From a candidate division WWE3 bacterium RIFCSPHIGHO2_01_FULL_42_13 (GTDB taxonomy: Bacteria; Patescibacteriota; WWE3; UBA101185; UBA10185): a stretch of DNA of 64,000 nt. The translations under genes and the position numbers were made by a program. Below are positions 17,678-26,565 of the stretch, piece by piece. The notes below the pieces were generated by a model. The model had not been told where the DNA came from. It was given only the letters and a program-made list of their open reading frames with translations, and made no database searches. The stretch spans positions 67,159 to 131,158 of the forward strand of contig MEVA01000016.1 of the NCBI GenBank assembly GCA_001772625.1. The letters are read 5' to 3'. How positions within the stretch are numbered: position 1 is the stretch's first letter; the number at the start of each line of letters is the position of its first letter.

Positions 17678-19915
17678 CTATGCAGAAATCTCCATCTCAC
17701 CAAACATACGTTTGAAAATATTATCCCAGGTCATGTTATGCGAGAAGTTGTAAACGTTTTGCTCAATCTTTTTTCTTTCCTCACCGTCTCCCAGCAACTC
17801 GCTAACATTCATAACAAAAGAGTCTACATTGTATTCGACAACCCTACCTAAGTTTTGTTTCTTAATATCTTCCGATAATGGAATCACCGAAGTAGTAATT
17901 ATGGGCAATCCGCAGGACATATAATCTTTTGGCTTCGTGACATCTGAAAATCTCTTGTAGGTAGTTTTTGTATCCTCGTACGTAGCTAAACCAAGAGTGC
18001 TTTCTTTCAATAAACTAAGCCACCTCTCCCTATCCTCGGTGGTATCAATAAAGCCCATGAAATCAACGTTTTTGCTAACCCCAAGCTTATCGGCCATACT
18101 CTCCAGCTTCCCTTTAAGCTCCCCATCCCCGATTATTCTTAGCCTCAAGTCTGGAAACTTTTTTAAAAGCGCGGGCATTGATTCAATAATTAATTCCAAT
18201 CCAAACTCGGGCGTTAGTCCCCCGCTGTAAACTAAAATGTTATCTTTTCTTTCAATTTTCACCTCTCCTGCCTGCTTAACAACCCCTATAGGCACAGTGA
18301 TTTGATGCTTTTCTTTGGCCTTTTCACCAAGTTCCTGAATTCTTTGTCTGGCCATTCTATCCGAAACATTCAACGTGTAATCACTACCGAAAAAGGCTGC
18401 TCTGTCCATCCACACATAAACTTTGTTTAGAAGTCCTACCTTAAATCTATTTTCCATAACATAGTCGATAGTAAAGAAAGCAACTTTGCGAACCTTACCC
18501 AACTTCTTGAGTAGCAAGCCAAAGATAGCGTTAAACGAGTCTACCCCAATGTATAAATCAAACTTTTCTTTTGATGTTAAGAAATACCAAATGTTATAAA
18601 AGGCGTCCCTGAAGTAAAACAAGAACTCATTCCTAGGCAGTACCGGAGATTTCTTTTCTTTAACAAGCTTGCCCCTCTTAAATATGTTGAGATAAGAAAT
18701 AGCCTCACCTTTTGTGTAGAAAAATTTATGCGCAACGTAATAAAGCGTATCAATACCCTTTTTATTTAAGAAGTCACGAAGCTCCTGACCACTTCCCTTA
18801 AAGTGTTCATGCGTTACCACAGCAATTTTTTGACCTAAGATACTGTTCATTTTCTTGCTTTTTGTTTCCATCTCCCATCTGTCGCAAATTTCTTCGATTA
18901 TCTCATTTATACCATACGTGTACTTCCAATCCGGATAGTGCTTCTTAAATTTAGAGACATCCGATACATACCAGATATGATCGCCGGACCTGTTTTCATC
19001 CGAATATGAAATGTTACCTTTTTTGCCCAAATAAGTTTCTATTTTTTCAATAGCCTCCATCATTGAAACGTTTGAGTGCCTAGAGCCTCCAACGTTATAA
19101 ACCTCGCCCGGCCTAGGATTTTTATAAAACTCATGAAACATAGTTATTAGATCGTACGAGTGAATGTTGTCTCTCACCTGCTTACCCTTATAACCATAAA
19201 TGGTGTAGGGCCTGCCTTCGGCAATACATTTGGCTAAATAGGCCAAAAACCCATGTAATTCGGCACCGGAATGGCCCGGACCTGTTAAACATCCTCCCCT
19301 AAATACACCTGTTCTTAAGCCAAAATACTTACCGTATTCCTGCACCATCACATCAGCCGCTACTTTAGACACACCAAAAATACTATGCTTTGAGTCATCA
19401 AGGGACATCGTCTCATCAATACCTTCTTTATACTGATGGCTTGGATCAATCTCATAACGCTTGTCTAGTTCTATTAACGGGAGAAGGTTTGGTCTGTCAC
19501 CATAGACTTTATTTGTTGAAGTAAAAATAAAAACCGCTTCCGGAGAATATTTTCTGTATGCCTCAAGAATATTTAACGTGCCGGTAGCGTTTACGGAAAA
19601 GTCTGTTAGAGGTTCTCTGGCAGCCCAATCGTGAGATGGTTGCGCTGCTGTGTGGATGATTAAATCGAATACGTGGTTAGAAAAAATCTCATCAATTGCT
19701 TTTTCGTCCCGTATATCCACATCATAATGCTTGTAGTTTTTGTGTTTTTCTTCAAGCAACGCACGGCTCCAAGCTGTACTTGCTTCATCGCCAAAAAAAT
19801 ATCTTCTCATGTCGTTGTCTATTCCAACAACATCAAAACCCCGCTCCAAGAAATATCTTGAGGCTTCAGAGCCTATTAGACCTGCTGATCCGGTTATTAA
19901 TACGATTTTTGCCAT
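17678..19915 (-). CDS. Bifunctional fusion: N-terminal extended-SDR nucleotide-sugar epimerase/dehydratase-like domain + C-terminal GT4 glycosyltransferase domain
   Basis: 745 aa, a single ORF. N-terminus has GSAGLIGSE Rossmann, STNKVYGD, and FGVSK in place of the canonical YxxxK. C-terminal about 390 aa has GT-B features ([16 protein letters not shown]..., [12 protein letters not shown]). Confidence 0.7.
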   Translation of the reverse strand: MAKIVLITGSAGLIGSEASRYFLERGFDVVGIDNDMRRYFFGDEASTAWSRALLEEKHKNYKHYDVDIRDEKAIDEIFSNHVFDLIIHTAAQPSHDWAAREPLTDFSVNATGTLNILEAYRKYSPEAVFIFTSTNKVYGDRPNLLPLIELDKRYEIDPSHQYKEGIDETMSLDDSKHSIFGVSKVAADVMVQEYGKYFGLRTGVFRGGCLTGPGHSGAELHGFLAYLAKCIAEGRPYTIYGYKGKQVRDNIHSYDLITMFHEFYKNPRPGEVYNVGGSRHSNVSMMEAIEKIETYLGKKGNISYSDENRSGDHIWYVSDVSKFKKHYPDWKYTYGINEIIEEICDRWEMETKSKKMNSILGQKIAVVTHEHFKGSGQELRDFLNKKGIDTLYYVAHKFFYTKGEAISYLNIFKRGKLVKEKKSPVLPRNEFLFYFRDAFYNIWYFLTSKEKFDLYIGVDSFNAIFGLLLKKLGKVRKVAFFTIDYVMENRFKVGLLNKVYVWMDRAAFFGSDYTLNVSDRMARQRIQELGEKAKEKHQITVPIGVVKQAGEVKIERKDNILVYSGGLTPEFGLELIIESMPALLKKFPDLRLRIIGDGELKGKLESMADKLGVSKNVDFMGFIDTTEDRERWLSLLKESTLGLATYEDTKTTYKRFSDVTKPKDYMSCGLPIITTSVIPLSEDIKKQNLGRVVEYNVDSFVMNVSELLGDGEERKKIEQNVYNFSHNMTWDNIFKRMFGEMEISA

Positions 19916-20010
19916 AGGTTTTGTCTAAGAAATTCTAGTCAATTATAGAATATATCATTTATAACCCTTGAGGGTAATAAAGTGGTCGGGGATTTGAAAA
20001 TGGTTCACCT

Positions 20011-20688
20011 CTAATCCTTCCGCGCCGTAACTATCCAATATTGAGCTAGCTCACTAAGTGGAAAGGGAATTTTCTCCCTTAATCTAACACGCTCTATAAA
20101 AGGATGGCGGACTCCGAACCAAAAGGGCCGTACAGTTACATCATTGAAGCCAGTTTTACTAAAAAGGTCAGAAAGCATTTTTCTATCGTACTCCCTTACA
20201 TGAATGACTGGTCCTAATTTTGGGTCGGTACCTAAATCGAGGGGGTACTCTACCTTCTTTCCAATTAATCTTCTGACAAAGTTTGTGAGTCTATTCCTAT
20301 TGGGAGTTAGATGAAAAGTCTTACCTCCAGGCTTTAGCGCTCTATATACTTCTTGAACAAATAAGGAATCATCGTCCACATGCTCAATAACATCGAAGGA
20401 GGTGATGAGATCAAACTTGGCATCGACAGTGTTTATTTTATCTTCTGAGCTTAAAAAGAATGTAAACCTGTCTCTAAATTGCTTTAGGGTACGGTTTTCG
20501 ATGTCAGTGCCATAAACCTTGTTTTTCCTCACATTTAGTAGAACGGTCATCGAACCGGTTCCGCACCCGACATCCAAAACCTCTAGACCGGTCGTACCTT
20601 CCACTCTTTGTGTAATAGCTTCTTTGTAATCAAGGGCGCAAGTATCATCAGTATGCATATACGTGAAATTATAACAGTCTGGGGGCAA
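20011..20688 (-). CDS. Class I SAM-dependent methyltransferase
   Basis: 225 aa. VLDVGCGTGSMTVLL motif I, and FDLITSFDVIEHV. Confidence 0.8.
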   Translation of the reverse strand: MPPDCYNFTYMHTDDTCALDYKEAITQRVEGTTGLEVLDVGCGTGSMTVLLNVRKNKVYGTDIENRTLKQFRDRFTFFLSSEDKINTVDAKFDLITSFDVIEHVDDDSLFVQEVYRALKPGGKTFHLTPNRNRLTNFVRRLIGKKVEYPLDLGTDPKLGPVIHVREYDRKMLSDLFSKTGFNDVTVRPFWFGVRHPFIERVRLREKIPFPLSELAQYWIVTARKD

Positions 20689-20691
20689 TAG

Positions 20692-21417
20692 CTAGCCTGC
20701 CTTCTTCTGACACACTATCTCCCATTTGTAGTAACCTACAATAGGAACTCTTACCTTACGTGCCAACCTAAATAGAGGATTTTTGGAAGCTTGTCCACTT
20801 AACCTAAGCACGCGAGAAAAAATTTCTATAATGGGATAGGAAGAAACACTTTTAGTCGTTTCTAAAACTGTAAATCCATTTTTAACCAAGAGACCTAACA
20901 ACTGATTATCATCGGTGTACTCTCTAAGATGCGTTGGGTCCAATACCCATTTCCCCTTGCTTCTGTAAAAATACCAACCGTACCACTTCTTAAATGTGGT
21001 GGAGAGGTAGGCAACACCGCCGTTTTTCAAAACACGATGTATGGCCTTAATCATTTTCACATCATCAACATGTTCTGCTACGTTTACAGAAACCAGAAGG
21101 TCGATACTTTCCGAGCTGACAGTCTTTAAACTTTCGGCATCATCCACAAAACACTTAAACTTGTCGTCTACCCTTTTCGCTCTTTGTATTCTCTCCTTTG
21201 ATAAATCAACAGCATGCACGTCTTTATCTTTCATGTAACCGTTTGTTTTCATGGCATAAAGCAACGCACCATCTCCACAGCCTACATCCAAAAAACTCTG
21301 CCACGGTACAGATTTAATATATTTATCTAGGAGCGGGCGAACTTCTCCCGTGTAAAAATTCACATGATATTTTGAATATTTCTCGAATTGTTTCATTAAT
21401 ACCAAAACCAATCGCAA
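20692..21417 (-). CDS. Class I SAM-dependent methyltransferase
   Basis: 241 aa. FLDVGCGDGALLYAM, and IDLLVSVNVAEHV. Confidence 0.8.
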   Translation of the reverse strand: MRLVLVLMKQFEKYSKYHVNFYTGEVRPLLDKYIKSVPWQSFLDVGCGDGALLYAMKTNGYMKDKDVHAVDLSKERIQRAKRVDDKFKCFVDDAESLKTVSSESIDLLVSVNVAEHVDDVKMIKAIHRVLKNGGVAYLSTTFKKWYGWYFYRSKGKWVLDPTHLREYTDDNQLLGLLVKNGFTVLETTKSVSSYPIIEIFSRVLRLSGQASKNPLFRLARKVRVPIVGYYKWEIVCQKKAG

Positions 21418-21480
21418 CTGCAGGCTATATTACTACTAAATTTGGTGCTAGTCTTCTTTCTAGTATAGGCGTGTATTGCT

Positions 21481-22212
21481 ATGTTTAAAAAATACTTTAA
21501 ATATCTGTGGGCTTACAACAAGCGGCTTCGGCAGAAATACATCTTTGACGTTGCAGTAATGCTTAAAGGCTCGGTGAATAGATTCTTAGATTTAGGCTGT
21601 GATGACGGAAGTTTTACTATGCAAATAGGTGCCGTGTGCCATCCAAAAGAGGTTTATGGCATTGAAATAAAGGGTCCTCGAGCCGCCTTAGCCGAGCAGA
21701 AAGGCATGCAGGTAAAAAATAGCGATCTTAACGAAAAGTTTCCTTTTGAAAGTAGTAATTTCGACCTTATTATCTCCGATCAAGTTATTGAGCACCTAGT
21801 AAACTTAGATAACTTTGTTTCGGAAATAAAAAGGGTACTCAAACCTGGTGGCTACACAGTTATCTGCACAGAAAACCTAGCCAGCCCACATAATATATTC
21901 GCACTTATGCTTGGCATGCAGCCTTTCACCGGTCCTAACTTAAGTAGTAAGTATCAAGTAGGGTACAGGCCCTTGGGCTTGAAACACGGAGAAAAAAACA
22001 TTTATGACACCCCGCTTGATGAAATTGAAGACCACAAAAAGGTTATGACCTACAAAGCTCTTCTTGCTTTATTTAAAGCACACGGCCTTGAGATTATTTC
22101 GGGAGAGGGGTTTGGATACTTACCATTTCCGGGCTTGATGGGGAAGATACTTGGAAAGTTAGACAAAAATCACAGTCAGTTTATTGCCGTACTGGCAAGG
22201 AAACCTACCTGA
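21481..22212 (+). CDS. Class I SAM-dependent methyltransferase (Methyltransf_11-like)
   Basis: 243 aa. FLDLGCDDGSFTMQIG, FDLIISDQVIEHL, and VLKPGGYTVI. Confidence 0.8.
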   Translation: MFKKYFKYLWAYNKRLRQKYIFDVAVMLKGSVNRFLDLGCDDGSFTMQIGAVCHPKEVYGIEIKGPRAALAEQKGMQVKNSDLNEKFPFESSNFDLIISDQVIEHLVNLDNFVSEIKRVLKPGGYTVICTENLASPHNIFALMLGMQPFTGPNLSSKYQVGYRPLGLKHGEKNIYDTPLDEIEDHKKVMTYKALLALFKAHGLEIISGEGFGYLPFPGLMGKILGKLDKNHSQFIAVLARKPT

Positions 22213-22217
22213 AGCAC

Positions 22218-23939
22218 TTACAATTTAATCTCAGCCTTAGCTTTAACTTCCGCTTCGGCACTTTCCTTAATATTTTGAGCAGCAATTTCGTCTTCCTTCT
22301 TTGGCAAAATGTGGGTGAACAAACTTTTCACAGCACTCACCCAAAACTTTGGGGACATGTAGTTAACTTTTGTTTGTGAAACGTCGAAATCTAACAAATG
22401 CCCAACGATCTTCCAAGCCGAATAAACCAAAAACTTTGCGTCGTCGTAGTTTCTAACACTTAGAAGTTTTCTGAGCATGTATTGAGGCGTAAAGAATGAA
22501 GAGTATAGTTCCTGGGTCAGCTCCATTAACTTCTCGCGTTCAAATGGAATTTTCATAACCGGCCCCCTCATATCAAAAGCGTTGTAATCGTCATCTGCAA
22601 CCATAAGCCAATCATTTTCTAGACATTCCTTGTACAGAGGCGTTCCGGGGTAAGGAATAACAATTGTTGCCTGCATGGTATCTACATAGCCTTTTTTAAA
22701 GAGCCTTTTGGCGATTGCGATGGTGTTTTTAGCCATTTCTTCTGTTTCCCAAGGATATCCAAGCATAATGGTTAAATGAGGCTCTAGACCCGCCTTTTTG
22801 GCCATTTTTACCCCCTCTTCTATCTGGTGGACCTTAATGCCTTTATCAAGTTTATCCAGTGTTTCCTGGTTTCCGGACTCCATTCCATACAAAATAAATC
22901 TAAAGTTGGCTTTACCCATAAGATCGTAATATTCCTGGGTTAAAGCATTAAGCCTCATGTTACAACCCATCACCACTTTTTTGTTGTACCCTGAGTCAAT
23001 TAAAAGCTGGCAGAATTTTTTCAAAGGGGGGCCAATAAACAAAGTTCCAGCGTCGTCGAAAATTTCTTTTACTCCGTAGTTATCTACAACGTGTTTTACT
23101 TCAGCAAAAAGTCTTTCGGGTGAAAATCTTCTGTAAGTTCCAATTGGGTTTATAGTGTGATCCCAAACACAAAATGTGCATCTGTTCCACCAGCAATCTT
23201 TTCCTGAATACATGTAAGTGGCCGGGGTATATTTGTAGTTTCCGTTGGCGTAAGCGTAAAGTTTCCATTTGGTTAAGTCTCTGTCTACAAATGGAAGTTC
23301 GTCCAAATTGTGTTTTTGCACTAGTGGGCCGGAAACCCAAAAAGCGTCTTTTTCGCCGGTTAAAATGTTATCTTCATATTTTATAAAATCTCCAAGCTTA
23401 ACTCTTTTATCTCCCGCTCTTCCCCAAATTCCACCCACCAGTTGCTCACCTTTGGTAATTGAATCGGCAAGTTCGGTAAGCATAAAATCGTAATCTCCTC
23501 CGGTCATTGCGTAATCAAGAGGAGAATTCATCATGCTTTCTTTTGGCGCAAAAGTTATTTGGTCTCCAACCCAAACCAAAAGCATTTCAGGAAATTTTTC
23601 CTTAAGATCTTTAATTACCTTCCAGTGGTACTTAACAACCGGGGACTTTGTTTCCACCATTAACATGTCGGGCTTTTCTTTTCTTAGCTGCTCGATCCAC
23701 TCATCGTAAGTCCACTCTTCCGCGATCCCATCAAGCCAAACAACATCGTAACCTTTAGCCTGAGCTTGAGATGCGGCATAAGCCGGAACCATTGGGTAAA
23801 TGTAAGTTTTGGCGTTAAAAAATTGAAACTGTCTGTTTTGAGATAAAAGAGGAACCCCCTTATTTGTCTGCATTGGGGGATACCCTACGGCAATTTTAAA
23901 TTTCTTTGTTTTAGTTTCTGTTTGTGCTTTTTTGGGCAT
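22218..23939 (-). CDS. B12-binding-domain radical SAM protein (class B rSAM, probable methyltransferase or other radical modifier)
   Basis: 573 aa. N-terminal Rossmann-like B12-binding-type region. A cysteine triad DCWWNRCTFC (CX4CX2C) sits in a MiaB/Elp3-like core. The C-terminal extension resembles the DUF4070 tail of class B rSAMs. Confidence 0.55.
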   Translation of the reverse strand: MPKKAQTETKTKKFKIAVGYPPMQTNKGVPLLSQNRQFQFFNAKTYIYPMVPAYAASQAQAKGYDVVWLDGIAEEWTYDEWIEQLRKEKPDMLMVETKSPVVKYHWKVIKDLKEKFPEMLLVWVGDQITFAPKESMMNSPLDYAMTGGDYDFMLTELADSITKGEQLVGGIWGRAGDKRVKLGDFIKYEDNILTGEKDAFWVSGPLVQKHNLDELPFVDRDLTKWKLYAYANGNYKYTPATYMYSGKDCWWNRCTFCVWDHTINPIGTYRRFSPERLFAEVKHVVDNYGVKEIFDDAGTLFIGPPLKKFCQLLIDSGYNKKVVMGCNMRLNALTQEYYDLMGKANFRFILYGMESGNQETLDKLDKGIKVHQIEEGVKMAKKAGLEPHLTIMLGYPWETEEMAKNTIAIAKRLFKKGYVDTMQATIVIPYPGTPLYKECLENDWLMVADDDYNAFDMRGPVMKIPFEREKLMELTQELYSSFFTPQYMLRKLLSVRNYDDAKFLVYSAWKIVGHLLDFDVSQTKVNYMSPKFWVSAVKSLFTHILPKKEDEIAAQNIKESAEAEVKAKAEIKL

Positions 23940-24007
23940 GGCTACGCTTTTTCTTAAGCAAATATAGACTACCGTATATATGAGAATGCGTCAAATTGGG
24001 TATGTGG

Positions 24008-25291
24008 TTAGTATCCAAGCTCGCCCAAAATTAACGGGTCAGTGCCAAGGATAGCTAAGTTTAACGGGTTGTCTCCATCTCCTATCAGTACTCCTAGTAC
24101 AATTACTTCGTCCTCTCCTATAACATGGTTTGCGAAAGAATATATTCTGTAAGACGGGTCTCTAACCCCCGAATATCTCGTAGCATCAAGTAACAGCAAT
24201 TCTTCAAGCTTCCCAGTTTCGATATTAAACCTGCTAAGGTTTTCGTACCTTGCGGTAACTTCGACTACACGTCCAATATTGTTACAGGAATAAAATCCGC
24301 TGGCTACACTTCTGCTAGTTACAAAGTAGATATCGCCATTGAAAATTTCTGCACGTACGGAAAAGTCGTCAGTTTCTACACTAACTAACTCCCTTTCGCT
24401 CTCCAAGTTATCGGGGCTTACAATAAAAAATTCGGAGGTACCTTCTTCAATAGCTCTTTGAACAATTAGGCTATCTTTATACCAGCCCTCAACATAAGAT
24501 CCTAAAACGTAACCACCATAAGGTAGTTCAATTACTTTATTTTCTTTAAGATCATAAATCATATACCCTATCCCCTCCCAAAACCCTTTCGATAGCAAAA
24601 TTTTACTGCCGTCGCCTGAAAATTCCGGACTGTGGTATGCCCAAACGCCCCCTATCCCCTCCTCTTTCATCCCTGTATCGAAAATTTCTTTAATGGTGCC
24701 CGTCTTTAAGTCGTAGATATTTAAACCTGTGCTAGTGGTGATTGCCAATAGATTCCCGTCTGGGGAAAATCCAACATCAACCAGACTTAGAGTGTAGCCC
24801 ACATCACCGCTGCTTATTTCCTTCATTGTATGCACGGATGTTAAAGTTCCAGTTGTGAAGTCGTACACGAAAGCGGTATCTGTTTTTTGCTCCTCGTCAC
24901 CCTCGGCCGTTTCTACATAGATAAAAGCTATTTTATTTTCATTTTTGGACAAAGAATAAGAAGCAACCTCTCCTCCAAGTTTGTTGATCAAGCTGTCAAA
25001 AGTTTTCCGCCCGAAAAGTAATTTAAACTTTTCCCTTTGCGCATCAGATTTAACAACTAATGTTCTCGAAACATTAAGCTTAGTTTTATTTCTGTATGGA
25101 AATATCACGGAACAGATATTGCTTATGGTGTCTTCTGTTAAAGTTGTGTTGCTGAGTGAATAATATGAGTAATACAAGTAAGCACCGTAGGCAACAGCTC
25201 CTAACAAAAAGATAATAACGATGATGCCAACAACAAAAGCTTTGTTTCTACCTATACTTTTTGGTGCCTTTTCAAAAGCTTCCACTTCCAC
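24008..25291 (-). CDS. N-terminally membrane-anchored protein with TolB/PD40-like beta-propeller repeats, hypothetical
   Basis: 427 aa. TM helix at residues about 20-42. Repeated SPDG.../GDG... blades (FSPDGNLLAITT, SPEFSGDGSKILL). Confidence 0.35.
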   Translation of the reverse strand: MEVEAFEKAPKSIGRNKAFVVGIIVIIFLLGAVAYGAYLYYSYYSLSNTTLTEDTISNICSVIFPYRNKTKLNVSRTLVVKSDAQREKFKLLFGRKTFDSLINKLGGEVASYSLSKNENKIAFIYVETAEGDEEQKTDTAFVYDFTTGTLTSVHTMKEISSGDVGYTLSLVDVGFSPDGNLLAITTSTGLNIYDLKTGTIKEIFDTGMKEEGIGGVWAYHSPEFSGDGSKILLSKGFWEGIGYMIYDLKENKVIELPYGGYVLGSYVEGWYKDSLIVQRAIEEGTSEFFIVSPDNLESERELVSVETDDFSVRAEIFNGDIYFVTSRSVASGFYSCNNIGRVVEVTARYENLSRFNIETGKLEELLLLDATRYSGVRDPSYRIYSFANHVIGEDEVIVLGVLIGDGDNPLNLAILGTDPLILGELGY

Positions 25292-25303
25292 TGGAAAATT
25301 CTA

Positions 25304-26278
25304 TCACGAAAACTGTCTGAAGACTTCATATTTCTGTGATTGCTTAATTAAATCCTCGAGATGATACACGCAAACCCCCATGGACGGACTTTTTATGGCA
25401 TTTTCCAAGGATTGTTTAAATTCTTCTGTGCTAATTTCCCCACCTTCATTTACTGATTGGATTAAAGGCAAAAACGCCTTTCCCAGCTGCCAGTAATACT
25501 CAACCATCTCCCCTATCCAACTTACATCTTTACCTAACATTTTGTGAAAAAGCCCCGGGCTAAAAATATCTATCAAAGGTATAAGCTTACTAAAATCCTG
25601 CGCGACAACTCTTTGAATTCCCGCTCCATAATCTTTATCTTTCCACGGCACGATGAACATTCCCAGTTTTATTTCTTTTCCAGAAGCGGCAATTAACGCT
25701 TTAGCTTCCTCAACAAAAGAAACAACTTGCCCCGCCTTAAACTCCAACCATTCGTGGTAATAACTACCGTCAATATGAAGCGCGATGTTTTGTAATGCTG
25801 TGCCCTCGCCTCCAACTCCCGCAATTGGTTCGCCAATATATTCTTCAAACATCTTAAGACACCTTTCGCAGTAACACGTGTCTAAAATATCCGGGTTAGC
25901 ACTTTCCCAAGATGTCGGGTATCTCATATGGTTTAGCCAAACTCCTTGAACATCGTTCTCCAAAACTCTTTTTATTTCTTCCAAGCGGTTCTTTCTTACT
26001 CCCGGGTGGGTTGGGCATATACCGATTAGCGGATCGCTGATTGTATCTTTATCGTTAGAATCAACCGCTTTTGCGTCAGGGTACTTTTCAAGTAGGTCTT
26101 TCCCGGCAAAAACAATGACACTTGCGTAAATTTCAACTTGTCCAAGTTTTTCTTTTATTTGCGAGGTTGTTTGCGGCGAAATATTTTCGGAACTTACTAG
26201 GACTGAATTTAAATTTAATTGAGAGGCCCCCTCTAAAACAGAATCTTCAACATTTAGTAAAAATCCGGATTTATGCAT
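25304..26278 (-). CDS. Hypothetical protein (324 aa), unknown function; possibly TIM-barrel hydrolase-like
   Basis: Track ORF only. No signal peptide and no recognisable catalytic motif. Confidence 0.3.
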   Translation of the reverse strand: MHKSGFLLNVEDSVLEGASQLNLNSVLVSSENISPQTTSQIKEKLGQVEIYASVIVFAGKDLLEKYPDAKAVDSNDKDTISDPLIGICPTHPGVRKNRLEEIKRVLENDVQGVWLNHMRYPTSWESANPDILDTCYCERCLKMFEEYIGEPIAGVGGEGTALQNIALHIDGSYYHEWLEFKAGQVVSFVEEAKALIAASGKEIKLGMFIVPWKDKDYGAGIQRVVAQDFSKLIPLIDIFSPGLFHKMLGKDVSWIGEMVEYYWQLGKAFLPLIQSVNEGGEISTEEFKQSLENAIKSPSMGVCVYHLEDLIKQSQKYEVFRQFS

Positions 26279-26554
26279 CTATTTCTCCGGTTGCTTCTCC
26301 GGCCAAATTTGATTACCTTGCAAGTCTTCAACAATAATTGCCGTAGTTGGACAGGATTTGGCCGCCTCAATAATATCTACCGCCTCATCCCACGTGCCTT
26401 CCTTAACATACGCAATGCCGTCATCATCTAAATCAAAGGTGCCTGGCGCTCTGATAATACAGGTAGCCGCGCTTATACAAAGTGAATTTATAACTTTTAT
26501 TTTAAGTTTAGAGTTAGGGTTTATTGCGAACTGATTTTGACCGTTTTTGTCCAT
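26279..26554 (-). CDS. Small single-cluster ferredoxin
   Basis: 91 aa. CISAATC...(about 40 aa)...CP cysteine pattern, typical of mono-cluster [3Fe-4S]/[4Fe-4S] ferredoxins. Confidence 0.6.
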   Translation of the reverse strand: MDKNGQNQFAINPNSKLKIKVINSLCISAATCIIRAPGTFDLDDDGIAYVKEGTWDEAVDIIEAAKSCPTTAIIVEDLQGNQIWPEKQPEK

Positions 26555-26565
26555 ATGTTTTCTAG

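Noticed and set aside
17678-19915. The SDR-GT4 fusion as a sequencing frameshift artefact
   Set aside because: The reading frame is continuous with no stop or frame change in the ORF track, and the linker region is plausible protein sequence. I kept it as a genuine fusion, with a caveat in the finding.
23940-24007. Promoter upstream of the rSAM gene (TTGACG ... TAGTCT)
   Set aside because: The -10 is poor, and alternative spacings are equally plausible.
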